64,000 bases of DNA from Verrucomicrobiia bacterium (GTDB lineage: Bacteria > Verrucomicrobiota > Verrucomicrobiia > Limisphaerales > UBA1319), in NCBI GenBank assembly GCA_963664225.1, contig OY760937.1, positions 3,712,001 through 3,776,000 of the forward strand, in the 5' to 3' direction. Shown here one piece after another: positions 21,179-32,000 of the stretch. The notes below the pieces were generated by a model. It did not search any database, was not told where the DNA came from, and worked only from the letters and a program-made list of their open reading frames with translations. The first letter of the stretch is position 1. Each line of letters opens with the position of its first letter. The translations under genes and the position numbers were made by a program.

Positions 21179-21616
21179 AATAAATCAAGGGCACGATAGG
21201 CGCGGGCCACGCCGACCACAAGTTATTTGCCGAATCAGGCATGGGGAGTTTTTTGTTGGGGCATTGGGGTCTGGTTTTTGACCGATAACGGCATTTGGCC
21301 TACAGGAGCGGCGTAAAATTCGGCGGATACACGCCGAGATTGTCCAGAGCCTTGAGTGAAACTCGCGCATTTCGCAAAGGTTGGCTTGTTTTTTCAAATA
21401 TTTTGGCTTAAGAAGTGTCTTCAGCATGCCGTTATGCGATTGTGGGTCACTTGTGATCGCTTGCAGCATGAGCGATGCAGGCTCTTGGGAGGCTGTTTTG
21501 ACCACGGTTGCGCGGGGGGCGATTCGCGGGTATGATGCGTTGTGGCAATCATGTTTTAGTGATTTATGGGGTTAAACCTGGCGAACACGCCTGTGAGCGG
21601 GGAACAAAAACAAATC

Positions 21617-22021
21617 ATGCCGGACAGAAGCAACTCTTTGATTTTTGTGGTTGATGACGCGCCTCTCATCGGGGAAGTGGTTGAGGCCTTTTTAAAGATC
21701 GAGGGTTATCCGGTCCGATTTTTCGAAAATCCTGAGGTTGCATGGAAGGCCTTTTGCGATATTCCGTCCAAACCCAAAATGCTGATCACCGATTATGCCA
21801 TGGAGCCTTTTCACGGCATTGAATTGATTGAGCGATGCTTGAAGATCGATCCGGGCCTCAAGACCATTCTCATCAGCGGCAACGTCACGGAAAACATCGT
21901 GCAACAGTTTCCGGTGAGGCCCGATTACTTCATGCAAAAGCCTTTTAAATCCCGTCAATTGCTGGCGGCTGTCGCGGGTCTTTTGGCCTCCGGACATTTC
22001 AATGACCGCAACGAACGGTGA
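21617..22021 (+). CDS. Single-domain response regulator
   Basis: VVDD, ITDYAM (phospho-Asp), ISG, QKPF. Confidence 0.9.
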   Translation: MPDRSNSLIFVVDDAPLIGEVVEAFLKIEGYPVRFFENPEVAWKAFCDIPSKPKMLITDYAMEPFHGIELIERCLKIDPGLKTILISGNVTENIVQQFPVRPDYFMQKPFKSRQLLAAVAGLLASGHFNDRNER

Positions 22022-22083
22022 CCGGCCTTGCGACGGGATGCAATCGCAAGGCCAAATTTCCGTTTGTCGTCCTCTGGGTGGAT

Positions 22084-22719
22084 TCAGTTTTTTTTCTGAA
22101 AGGCCGTCCGATGAATGGGCAGTCCCTGGTCCATGAATAACTTCTCGAAATCCGTGCTTACCGCGGTGAGTTCCTCGGGTATCGATGTTTCCTGGAAAGT
22201 GGGATTGGCCCGGCCTACTGCGGTCATTTGCCTGAAATAGTCGGTATCATCGGTGCGCAAGTGGAGGATGCCACCGGGGGCGAGCACGATTGCGGCCAAT
22301 TCCATAAAGTGGGCGTTGATGAGGCGTCGGCGGTGGTGTTTGCGTTTGGGCCATGGATCTGGGAAATAGACGTGAATGGCCTGGGCGCAAGCGGGAGGCA
22401 GGAGATATTCCAGAGCGTAGGAGGCTTCGAATCTCAGGAGCCGGAGGTTTTTCAATCCGGCGCGCGGTCCTTTACGGTCGAGTTTGCGGATGCGTCCGAG
22501 CAGGCGTTCGACGGCCAGGAAATTACGCTCGGGATGCAGGGCGGCGTATTTGAGCAGGAAAGCGCCGTCGCCACAGCCCAGTTCGATTTCCAGGGGTTGG
22601 ACGGAAGGGAACAGTGCTTCCGTGTGTATGGATTCGACAATACTGGAAGGAGCAAAAAAGAGCGAGGGTTTTTGGACCCCGCTTTTGCCCGCCGGATTTT
22701 CAATGACTGCGGTGTTCAC
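22084..22719 (-). CDS. trmB: tRNA (guanine-N7)-methyltransferase
   Basis: EIELGCGDG, FPDPWPKRKHHRRRLI, RTD, TDFE. Confidence 0.92.
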   Translation of the reverse strand: MNTAVIENPAGKSGVQKPSLFFAPSSIVESIHTEALFPSVQPLEIELGCGDGAFLLKYAALHPERNFLAVERLLGRIRKLDRKGPRAGLKNLRLLRFEASYALEYLLPPACAQAIHVYFPDPWPKRKHHRRRLINAHFMELAAIVLAPGGILHLRTDDTDYFRQMTAVGRANPTFQETSIPEELTAVSTDFEKLFMDQGLPIHRTAFQKKN

Positions 22720-22722
22720 GAT

Positions 22723-23910
22723 TTATTTTTTAACGAAAAGGGCCAGGGAGGCGGTGTAACCGTGCAAAAAATTACGGTTGCCGACGGGGCCGATTTCCCC
22801 GTTGCAGAAAAAGCCGGATAGCCCAATCGTTCCAAAAAAATTATTAACGCATTGGGCGTCGTGATTGGGCTGGCCGAAGAGGCGGTAACCCCGTCCGTTG
22901 CAGCAGCACAAACAGCCTCCGTAAATTTGGGTGTGAGCCAGTTTTTCCTGGGAATGCTGCAGGAGGGTGCGCATGTCTTCAGTGGCCGCCTCGGCGTCGC
23001 GCCGCTGGAATTGCATGGTCTGGCCCTGGCGGGGCAGGGCTCCCACGGCGAGGATGCCAGAACGTGGATCGGCGGCCAGAAGGTTGCGGATCAGGAAATC
23101 GCCCCGGTGAAATTCATCCAGGTATTCGTTGATGACCAGGCCGATGAAAAGATTTCCCTGTGATTTTTGCTGGTCCTCGGAGTCCAGGTGATTGTAGGTG
23201 TCCGCCAGGACCTCGTAAGCCGGGCGGTTGGCGATGCGGTGGATGAGGTTCTGAGCCGATTTGGTAATGGTCCAGGTTTCGCCGATGGGGGTGCAACCCT
23301 GGGAGATGATGCTGTGAATGCGGACGCCGCCCGAGAAGGCGATGGCCACACCGCCGGATTCATAGACTTCGCTGTTGAGATAGACCTGGGTGGTTTGCTG
23401 GGTGAGCGTGCCGCTGGCCAGACCGCCAACGATGGCCACGCCGGGAAAGGCCTCGTTCCATTGGTTAAGCCAGGTCTCGGAATCAATGTGGAAGGGATCG
23501 ACAAAGGCGAGCCAGCCATTGCAATCCTCCGGCTTGACGGCGGTCGTCTTGTGCCAAAAATCCGGTTGTTCAGCCCGGTCGAGTTGATCCTGTTCGAAGT
23601 GGCAGGCGTGAAGTTGGGCATTGGGCAGGTGGTATAATCCCAGGACCAGGCCCGGGGCGTCTTCGATTTCCAGATTGGCGGCGATCAAACTGCCGCTGGA
23701 ACAGCCCGCCAACAGGGGGATTTGCGCATGAACGCGAAGGATTTCGAGAATCGTGCCGCTGTGCTGGAAAAGTGCGGGGGATATGAATACCAGCCCAAGC
23801 GATACCTTTGGTGCGGCGAGGCTGGCGCGGACCTGGGCGGCCCAAAGCTGCAGGGCCGACTCGTCAAAGCCGCCTTTCCAATGGGATGCCACCGCATGTT
23901 CGTTTTGCAC
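22723..23910 (-). CDS. FIST N/C domain signal-transduction protein
   Basis: GGLASG, SQGCTPIG, CNGRG..LFG, GFFCNGEIGPVG..NFLHGYT. Confidence 0.9.
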   Translation of the reverse strand: MQNEHAVASHWKGGFDESALQLWAAQVRASLAAPKVSLGLVFISPALFQHSGTILEILRVHAQIPLLAGCSSGSLIAANLEIEDAPGLVLGLYHLPNAQLHACHFEQDQLDRAEQPDFWHKTTAVKPEDCNGWLAFVDPFHIDSETWLNQWNEAFPGVAIVGGLASGTLTQQTTQVYLNSEVYESGGVAIAFSGGVRIHSIISQGCTPIGETWTITKSAQNLIHRIANRPAYEVLADTYNHLDSEDQQKSQGNLFIGLVINEYLDEFHRGDFLIRNLLAADPRSGILAVGALPRQGQTMQFQRRDAEAATEDMRTLLQHSQEKLAHTQIYGGCLCCCNGRGYRLFGQPNHDAQCVNNFFGTIGLSGFFCNGEIGPVGNRNFLHGYTASLALFVKK

Positions 23911-23978
23911 GAGTACAAATTATCCGGCATCGGCGGAATGGCAATGCGTAACGACAAAAAGAGGAGATTTAAGGGATG

Positions 23979-25121
23979 CTATCGGAGCCACTTTAATTGG
24001 CGGTGCGCAATATACGGATCCACACGCGACAGCAGAAAATAGTACCACCGTTCCTTGATTTTCTGCCAGAGGGATCGGGAGTTGATCCAGTTTCCAAGTT
24101 CCACGCGGCGAGAATGTTGCAAAGCGTCCGTGAAGATGCGGGTGGCTTCGGTGGCGATGACGGGGCTCTCGAGCCGGAGCATGAGGTCGTAGTTGATGCG
24201 CAGGCTGCGAACATCGACATTGGCGGATCCGACGTAGGTGGCCGAATCGATGACAATCAGTTTGGCATGAAGGATTTGCGGCTGGTATTCGTAGATCTCA
24301 ATACCAGCTTTGAGCATGGGAGTGTAAAGCCGGTGACAGGCCCATTGAGCGGGGGGAACATCGGATTTTCCGGCCAGGAGCAGTTGCACGCGTCCTCCGT
24401 GACGGGCGATGCGGAAGAGGTCCCGACGAATGCGCCTGGTTGGGAGGAAATAGGCGGAAATGATGCGGGCGCAGGCTCCATGTTCCAGGTCCTTGTGCAG
24501 CATTCGTTTGAACGAACTGAATCCGCGGCCCGGACCGCTGTGCAAAACCGTGTCGTTGCCGGAAATGGCGCTGGGTTGAATGGGGGGCTTTCGCAAACGG
24601 GCAAAATGTTTATGGCGGAGTTCGGCGCGTTGAAAGAGGAGATCGAAGGAGCGGGCCAATTCATTGACCAGTGGGCCGGTCAGGCGCAGTCCGAGATCCC
24701 GCCAGCCGTTGTGAACGCCATCCCCCTGGTATTCCGGGGCAATGTTGAAGCCTCCAACAAAGGCGTGCGCATCGTCGCAAACGAGGAGTTTGCGGTGATC
24801 GCGGAATCCGAAGCGCTCCAGGCTCATGGGATTGAACCAGTGGACCTGGCCGCCCGCGTCGCGCAGGGGTTGCCAAAAGGAATCGGATAAATAGAACGAG
24901 CCAAAGGAATCGATCAACACTTTTACCGTGACGCCGCGTTTCAGGGCTTCGATGAGGGCGCTGCGGAAATCGATCCCCAAAGGGGCGGCGGCAAAAATGT
25001 AGGTTTCAAGCCGAATACTTTTTGAGGCGGCGCGAATGGCATCCAGCATGGCCGCGAAAGCTTCATCGCCTGTTTCGAGCCACTGATGGCCGGGGATTAC
25101 GGCCGGTTGCATGGTCGGCAT
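23979..25121 (-). CDS. Phospholipase D family protein, cardiolipin synthase ClsB-like
   Basis: Two HKD motifs (DHRKLLVCD, LHAKLIVID), GGFNI, WRD, GSANVD. Confidence 0.88.
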   Translation of the reverse strand: MPTMQPAVIPGHQWLETGDEAFAAMLDAIRAASKSIRLETYIFAAAPLGIDFRSALIEALKRGVTVKVLIDSFGSFYLSDSFWQPLRDAGGQVHWFNPMSLERFGFRDHRKLLVCDDAHAFVGGFNIAPEYQGDGVHNGWRDLGLRLTGPLVNELARSFDLLFQRAELRHKHFARLRKPPIQPSAISGNDTVLHSGPGRGFSSFKRMLHKDLEHGACARIISAYFLPTRRIRRDLFRIARHGGRVQLLLAGKSDVPPAQWACHRLYTPMLKAGIEIYEYQPQILHAKLIVIDSATYVGSANVDVRSLRINYDLMLRLESPVIATEATRIFTDALQHSRRVELGNWINSRSLWQKIKERWYYFLLSRVDPYIAHRQLKWLR

Positions 25122-25358
25122 GATGCCTTGTTTTGTAGCCGATTGGAAGGTGAAATTCGCCGAGGGGCAAACGACAAAATTCAAGGGCAACTGTTGGTAA
25201 TGGTCCTTCTGGCAGGACGCCGCAGGAAACATCCGCTGGCGGGTGGAGTCACGGATTGGGCTAGAGAGGCAGGCGTCCAGTTTTTCATGTGAGGCTGACC
25301 GTTCAACGACGGGATTCGAGACGGGGAGCCGGAGAGCCGGGCGTTTGCGTTTTCGATT

Positions 25359-26846
25359 TTACCAGGAGCGGAGTTGGTAATAGCGCTGCGGTTGAGCCGT
25401 GGCGGAATCCGACCATTCGAATTCAAGCAGACAAGGGCTGGCGGGGGAGAATGGTGCGGGGATGCCGGGGGCAGATTGGACCTCAAAGACTCTGGCGTCG
25501 CCTGTCCAACGCAAAGTAAGCGGGCGGGATTCAGTGACGGCTAAAATCTCAAGTATTTTGGTCTCTGGCGGCGGCGGAGTGGCATCGGTGACTATAAAAA
25601 TCCCGTCCAGGCCGAAGTCGGCCAGGTCTTCGAGTGGTTGAAAAGCGCCCACCAGTTCGAGGTTTCGATAGACGATGTAGCCCTGATCGCTCAAGAGAGT
25701 TCCCCTGGGAATGGGGCCAAGGGCGTTGTCCAGGAAACCGTTTTGAGTGGCAAACCAGATTTCGCCGTTGGGCCAGACATACAGGGCGGCCAGGCCATAA
25801 TCGAAGTCGGGCTTGTCCGGCTGGAAATGGCTCAACAAACTGCGGTTCGTTTTGACGATGACGCCGGTGGTGGACAGAATATCGCCAGGCCCGATGTTCC
25901 CGGCGGTTGGGGAGACCGCGTTTGTGGCGATGGAAAACCAGATTTCGCCGTTGGGGCGGAGTTGGATGGCGTCCAGGCCCAGATCTGGCACGGGATCCTT
26001 GAAGCCGAAGGCGGCGGTTAATTCCTGGTTGCGTTTGGCGATGTGGCCCTGACTGGAGAGCATATCCCCGGGATGGAGCGGCCCCAGGGTTTCGCTCAAG
26101 GCCGCGTCGGTGATGGAAAAGAACACCTCCGCACCAGGCCCGATGTCGAGGGCATCCAACCCCAGATCGGGAACGACGGGCATGATGCCCAGGCGACCAA
26201 ACAGGGCGACGCCGGTTTTAACCACACGCCCGTCCATGCTCAGAATATCGCTGCGGCTGACATGGTTGGTGGGATCCTTCCAGATGCCCGCAGTAAGTGC
26301 GGAACCGGTGGAGAACCAGAGTTCCCGAATGGGTGCGGCGCGGAGGTTGAGGGTGAAAAATTCGAACGGGTTTTCATTCGTTTGCGCGAGATCGATCTGG
26401 AGCATGGGGACCTGACGCGCGACGAAAGAGGTAATATTGGTAAAGGTTTTGTTGGTGGCGCCCTGCGCGGTATAAAGGGTTAATTGGAGGGTCATCAATT
26501 GGCGCACGGCGACTTCTCCGCCAACAATCCATTGCCCGTCGCCTTCAAGCCGGTAACCGCCGGTCGGCCAGTCTGCGGTCTGCCATTGGATATTGGTCAG
26601 GGAATAGGTGGAATCGATGAGGGTGCTCTTTTCGAGAATCAGATCGAATGAGCCGCGCAAGTTTTTTGGAATGGAGATTCGGTCGCAAACCTGGCAGTCG
26701 TTCAGAAGCGTGCTTCCCACCAATAACTGACAGCGCCACGGTGTGGAGGCCTGCAGGCCGATCAAGCCGGAGAAAAGGCAGACCATCAGAAGACATAGCG
26801 CATGGACGGAGCGACCGGCTTCGAACCGTGCAGACCTTGGTTTCAT
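25359..26846 (-). CDS. Secreted protein with ~60-aa tandem repeats
   Basis: Signal peptide. 3-4 repeats of GD(I/M)LSxxG..(V/A)K...L...F.....DLGLDA.....GE(I/V)WFS. Confidence 0.7.
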   Translation of the reverse strand: MKPRSARFEAGRSVHALCLLMVCLFSGLIGLQASTPWRCQLLVGSTLLNDCQVCDRISIPKNLRGSFDLILEKSTLIDSTYSLTNIQWQTADWPTGGYRLEGDGQWIVGGEVAVRQLMTLQLTLYTAQGATNKTFTNITSFVARQVPMLQIDLAQTNENPFEFFTLNLRAAPIRELWFSTGSALTAGIWKDPTNHVSRSDILSMDGRVVKTGVALFGRLGIMPVVPDLGLDALDIGPGAEVFFSITDAALSETLGPLHPGDMLSSQGHIAKRNQELTAAFGFKDPVPDLGLDAIQLRPNGEIWFSIATNAVSPTAGNIGPGDILSTTGVIVKTNRSLLSHFQPDKPDFDYGLAALYVWPNGEIWFATQNGFLDNALGPIPRGTLLSDQGYIVYRNLELVGAFQPLEDLADFGLDGIFIVTDATPPPPETKILEILAVTESRPLTLRWTGDARVFEVQSAPGIPAPFSPASPCLLEFEWSDSATAQPQRYYQLRSW

Positions 26847-27054
26847 GTCCTAAGTATAGGACAAAAATGGGGTCAAGGCAAGACTACAAGCCCATTGGAA
26901 CCGGGGCGGATCGCATCAAAACTACGGTCCGGGAAATCCCGCGATCCAATGGCAGGGGAATAACGGTTAGAGATCCCCCAACAGTCAAGGAATTGAGCCT
27001 GACCCGGTCGTTTTCAACCGGGGTTGGCGCATCGACTATTGCGACGAATGCGGC

Positions 27055-27285
27055 TTAACGTTTTTCCACCAGTTTCATGCCACACTTGGGGCAGTCGCCC
27101 GGTTTATCCTGCACGACTTCTGGATGCATGGAACAGGTGTATTGCACGGTCTTTTGAGCCGGTTGATTCGTGGATTGCTCCGATGTGTCTTTTTGAGTGG
27201 ATTCCGAGCATCCTGCGAGGGCGAGGCTGGAAATCACAGTGACTGCCACAAGTGCAGCGATCTTTCCAAGTGATGTTGTTTTCAT
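27055..27285 (-). CDS. Lipoprotein with heavy-metal-binding domain
   Basis: Lipobox LAGC; YTCSMHPEVVQDKPGDCPKCGMKL. Confidence 0.85.
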   Translation of the reverse strand: MKTTSLGKIAALVAVTVISSLALAGCSESTQKDTSEQSTNQPAQKTVQYTCSMHPEVVQDKPGDCPKCGMKLVEKR

Positions 27286-27324
27286 TTCGTTGTGTTTTAT
27301 TTGGTTGTTATTAGTTTGTCATGG

Positions 27325-27918
27325 TCAAAGGGGTGGCATTAACCCGGCCAGCAATATGCGTAATTGTTGTCGCGCCCGGTAGAGGCGCATCTCGACCGCC
27401 TTTACCGAACAATTCAAGATGGTCGCGATTTCAAGCTGGTGCAAATCCTGATAAACGGCGAGGATCAAAGGCTGTTTCAGTTCCTCGGGCAAGGCGTCCA
27501 CCGCTCTTCGCACCGCGTCGGCGCGTTCTTCGGTTTGCACCCTTTGATCGGGAGGAGACTCGACAGCACTCAGGGTATCTTTAAGACTGGATTCGGTTTG
27601 CCCGTTATCGGCGTCGAGAGAAACCTGCGGATGACGCGCCCGCCACCGATATCGGTCACGCACGAGGTTGCTGGCAATGGCGTAAAGCCAGGTTGTAAAT
27701 TTCTGCCGCAGGTCGAATTTCGCGCGGTTTTGGTAAATTTTGACGAAGGTTTCCTGGGCCAGATCGCCAGCGTCAGCTTCGTCCTGCAGAGATCGCAACA
27801 GATAATGGTATAGTTTCTCAGAGTGCCTACCCATCAGGTCATTAAGGGCCTGATCGTGGCCTTGGGCCAATCGCAACATGTCCCGCGCATCCTGCTCATC
27901 GGAATTTGTGGCGTTCAT
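27325..27918 (-). CDS. ECF sigma factor (CnrH-like position)
   Basis: DLAQETFVK, FTTWLYAIASN (region 2); EIATIL..SVKAVEMRLYRAR (region 4). Confidence 0.92.
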   Translation of the reverse strand: MNATNSDEQDARDMLRLAQGHDQALNDLMGRHSEKLYHYLLRSLQDEADAGDLAQETFVKIYQNRAKFDLRQKFTTWLYAIASNLVRDRYRWRARHPQVSLDADNGQTESSLKDTLSAVESPPDQRVQTEERADAVRRAVDALPEELKQPLILAVYQDLHQLEIATILNCSVKAVEMRLYRARQQLRILLAGLMPPL

Positions 27919-27927
27919 GGCGCGGCG

Positions 27928-28431
27928 TCACCGGGAAGGCTCTTCGATCCTGTGATGGGCGTCGGCCATTGTGTGGCGGCTTTCCATGGCCTGGGATCGT
28001 AACACTGTTTGTGCCTGAACCCATGCCAGGTAACGGCGGCCTTGTTCGGGAGGCATCGCGCGGCTGACGTCCTGAAAGTGTTTCAGCATTTCCCCTTCGC
28101 ATAGGGCCCGGGTTGTGGCGCGCTCTGTCAACAACTTCTGGATTTCAGGCGTCACGGTGGAATTCCCGCGCAGGAGAGTCTCAAGCTTTCGGTTCTGCTC
28201 TTCGATGATCCGGCAACGTTGGGCGCATTGGGGCAGGTAGGCCTCATGCAAATTAGTGATGCGAGAGAACTCAGTTTCGTTGAGATTGAATTCCTTTTTT
28301 AACCAGGCCAATTCGGGTTGAGGCTCCTGCAATAGGTTCCGACCGGGAGCCATTCCCAGGTAATAGAACCCGGTAAAGGCCGCGACACCCAGCACCAGGC
28401 CCAACAACAAGATAAGTCCGCCTTTCTTCAT
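27928..28431 (-). CDS. Periplasmic heavy-metal sensor (CnrX / Metal_resist-like)
   Basis: N-terminal TM anchor, helical-hairpin body (WLKKEFNL...LH...MLKH...MPPEQ..RY). Lies between the anti-sigma and the ECF. Confidence 0.75.
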   Translation of the reverse strand: MKKGGLILLLGLVLGVAAFTGFYYLGMAPGRNLLQEPQPELAWLKKEFNLNETEFSRITNLHEAYLPQCAQRCRIIEEQNRKLETLLRGNSTVTPEIQKLLTERATTRALCEGEMLKHFQDVSRAMPPEQGRRYLAWVQAQTVLRSQAMESRHTMADAHHRIEEPSR

Positions 28432-28775
28432 GGCTGGGAAGATTCTGCGAAGTAAGGATCCACCGACTGGACGTAGCGGGCGCCGAGGTGTGAATCCATA
28501 CGGCTGCTCTTGATTTGCGCAGAAACCGAACCGGCCACGACGCCTAAAACCAGGAGACCCGCCACATACGAAAAGGCGATTTTTGGCTGGGGCAAAGCCA
28601 CCTCCAACAAATGGGTCCACTGCGCCCAAATCTTCGATGCCGGTCGCTCTTGAGCCCTCTCAATCCGCTGCCAAACCTGATCCTGAAAAAGAGGCGACGG
28701 CGGAGTCTCCACAACCCATTCACGCAATACCGCGCGCAGGTGCTCGTCATTATCTGGATTCTGATTCGGTTTCAT
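28428..28775 (-). CDS. Putative single-pass anti-sigma factor (CnrY-like)
   Basis: Short cytoplasmic LREW...F...VW.RI, one TM helix, C-terminal YVQSVDP. ATGA overlap with the sensor gene. Confidence 0.7.
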   Translation of the reverse strand: MKPNQNPDNDEHLRAVLREWVVETPPSPLFQDQVWQRIERAQERPASKIWAQWTHLLEVALPQPKIAFSYVAGLLVLGVVAGSVSAQIKSSRMDSHLGARYVQSVDPYFAESSQP

Positions 28776-29058
28776 ACTGCTGGCGACGCCATGAAATTAT
28801 CACTTTTTGACATTCGATGCCAATCCTTCGGGTTGCGCGGGTCTGATCCAACTCACGCGGTTCGGTTCTTTAAGATACTGAAATGCATTAATCTGTTTAA
28901 TTTCATCAGGACTCCCCATCGTCGGTCCACACATTACTACGTTGCTAAACGAAGAATCCCTCGCGGTCATTTTTCACCTCACTCGTCCCAATAAACAATC
29001 CCAACCCCGACGGCTTGAATTGCGCTAGACGGAGGGAGTTCGATTGGTTTATTGGGAA

Positions 29059-32000
29059 TCATGGCTCAAGTGGTTTTGGCTCCGGTTGTGGGTTCGATCC
29101 AGTGGTCGGCAAGCGTTTGATACTCTGCGAACGCCACAGAAAATAGATGGCGGGATAGACCAGCAATTCCATCATGGTGGAGGTGACCACGCCGCCAACC
29201 ATGGGAGTGGCGATGCGTTTCATGATGTCGGCCCCGCTGCCTTGACTCCAGAGGATGGGCGCCAGACCGGCAATGATCACGCAGGCCGTCATGGCCTTGG
29301 GGCGAACGCGTTTGACGGCACCATGATAAATGGCGTCCCGCAAATCGGTGACATTGCGCATCAGACCCCTCTTCTTCGAATCGTCGAACGCAAGGTCCAG
29401 GTACAGGAGCATGACCACGCCGGTCTCGGCATCAAGGCCGGCCAGGGCGATGATGCCGACCCACACCGCCACGCTTAAGTTGTAGTGAAGGAGCGCCAGG
29501 ATGCCAATGGCCCCCACCAGGGAGAACGGCACGGCCAGCATGACGATGGCGGTTTTAATGGCTGAACGTGTGTTCAAATAAATGATCAGGACAATGAGCA
29601 GGAGCGTGAGCGGCACCACGATCATCAGGCGCTGCTGGGACCGGAGCATGTATTCGTATTGGCCACTCCAGAAGATGTTGTAGCCGCTGGGCAATTTGAT
29701 CATCCCATTGGCCGTCGCTTCGTTGACCGCGCGCATGGCCATCTGAACATACGTGCCGATATCGATGCCTTTGACATCCACGTAAATCCAGGCATTGGGA
29801 GTGGCCGCCTCGCTCTTGATGCCCATGGGGGCATGGACGGTTTCGATTTTGGCCAACTGGCCCAGGGGTATTTGCGCGCCAGTCGGAGTGGGCACGACAA
29901 TTTCACGCAACGCGCCCAGATTCTCCCGGAAGTCGCGGCTGTAGCGGAGGTTGACGGCATAGCGTTCGAGGCCCTCCACCGTGGTGGTCAAAGGCATGCC
30001 TCCCAATGCGACCTCCAACACGTCCTGAACATCGGCCACGGTCAGGCCGTAGCGGGCGATGGCGTCACGGTCGATGTTGAACTCGATATAATTGCCCCCC
30101 ATGGTGCGCTCGGCAAAGGCGCTGAGGGTGCCGGGAACGCCCTTGACCACGGCTTCAATCTCCGAGGCCACACGCTCCAATTCGGCCAGATTGGGTCCGG
30201 CGACCTTGATGCCGACGGGAGTCTTGATGCCCGTCGCCAGCATGTCGATGCGGGTCTTAATGGGCATGGTCCATGCGTTGTTCAGGCCCGGGATTTGAAC
30301 GGCGGCATTCATCGCGTCGGTCAGTTCGTCAGGCGTGCGGCGCCGGTGGGCAATGACATTGCCGATGTCGTCTTTGATATCGACCTCCGGCCATTCGTCT
30401 TCCGGCTTGAGCATGATGGTGGTTTCCACCATGTCGAATGGCGCGGGGTCGGTGGCGCTCTCGGCGCGGCCGACCTTGCCGAAGACATTCTGCACCTCTG
30501 GAAAACGGCGGATCATGCGATCGGTCGTCTGGAGGACTTCGCGCGCCTTGGTCGGCGAAATACCCGGGAAGGTCGTGGGCATGTAGAGAAGGTCTCCCTC
30601 GTACATTGGCGGCATGTATTCCGAACCGATGTTTTGGTAGGGGAAAATCTTTCCCACTTTGAAGGCCCAGTCCTTTGCTTTGCCGTCGGGCAGCACTTTC
30701 GCCGCAATCATATTCCAGGGCAGAAACACCCAAACGACGAGGGCGGCGGCAGAGAAGACCACCGGCCAGCGCCATTTGATGACGAAGTCAATCACCGGGT
30801 GATAGAGCCAGATGAGAAGACGATTGATGGGATTCTTTTCCTCGGCTGGAATCTTTCCGCGAATGAAAAAGCCCATGAGGATTGGCGCGAGGGTGATGGA
30901 GAGCAGTGCCGCAGCGCCCATGGAATAGGTTTTCGTGAATGCCAGAGGCTTGAAAAGGCGTCCCTCCTGCGCCTGGAGCGTGAACACCGGAATGAACGAC
31001 ACGGTAATCACCAGCAGCGAGTAAAACAGCGTCGGCCCCACTTCGATGGAGGCATCGCGGATGATGTCCCAGTGGGGCTTTTTGCCCTGATCGTGCTCCA
31101 TATGCTTGTGGGCGTTCTCGATCATGATGATCACGGCATCCACCATGGCACCAATGGCGATGGCAATACCGCCAAGGGACATGATATTGGAACTTATCCC
31201 CTGACCATACATCACGAGGAAGGACATCAGCACCGCAATGGGCAAAATCAGGATGGCGACAAAGGCGCTGCGCAGATGCATGAGGAAGGCGATGCAGACC
31301 AGCGCCACGACGATGCTTTCCTCAATGAGCTTCTCCTCAAGCGTTTTGACGGCGCGGTCGATGAGCGCGCTCCGGTCATAGACAACGGTGTATTTGACGT
31401 CCGCTGGCAGGCCTTTCATGGCCTCGTCCAGCCTCTTCTTCACGTCGAGAATCACCTGGCGTGCGTTGGCTCCGTAGCGCACGACGACCACCCCGGCGAC
31501 CGTTTCGCCTTCTCCGTTGAGTTCGGCGATGCCGCGCCGCATATCCGGGCCCAGCTCCACATTGGCGACCTGACCCAGCAAAATTGGAACCCCTTTATCG
31601 CCGACACCCACAGCGACTTTGCGCAGGTCATCAAGTTTCTCGATATAACCGCGCACGCGGAGAATGAACTCTTTTTCCGAGAGTTCGATGGAACGTCCAC
31701 CCACCTCGCCGTTGCTGCGTTTGACGGCCATGGCAACTTCGGAGATGGAAAGGTTGTAGGCGCGCAATTTGGTCGGATCGACCGTCACTTGATATTGCTT
31801 TATGAAGCCGCCGACGGAGGCGACTTCCGCCACGCCTTCCACAGAGGCGAGTTGGTAGCGCAGATACCAGTCCTGCATGGAGCGCAGTTCGGCCAGATCG
31901 CGGTTTGTGGAGTTGATGGAATACATGAAAGCCCAACCCACGCCGGTGGCGTCCGGTCCGAGACTGGGAGACACACCGGCGGGCAGGCGGCCGCTCAAGC

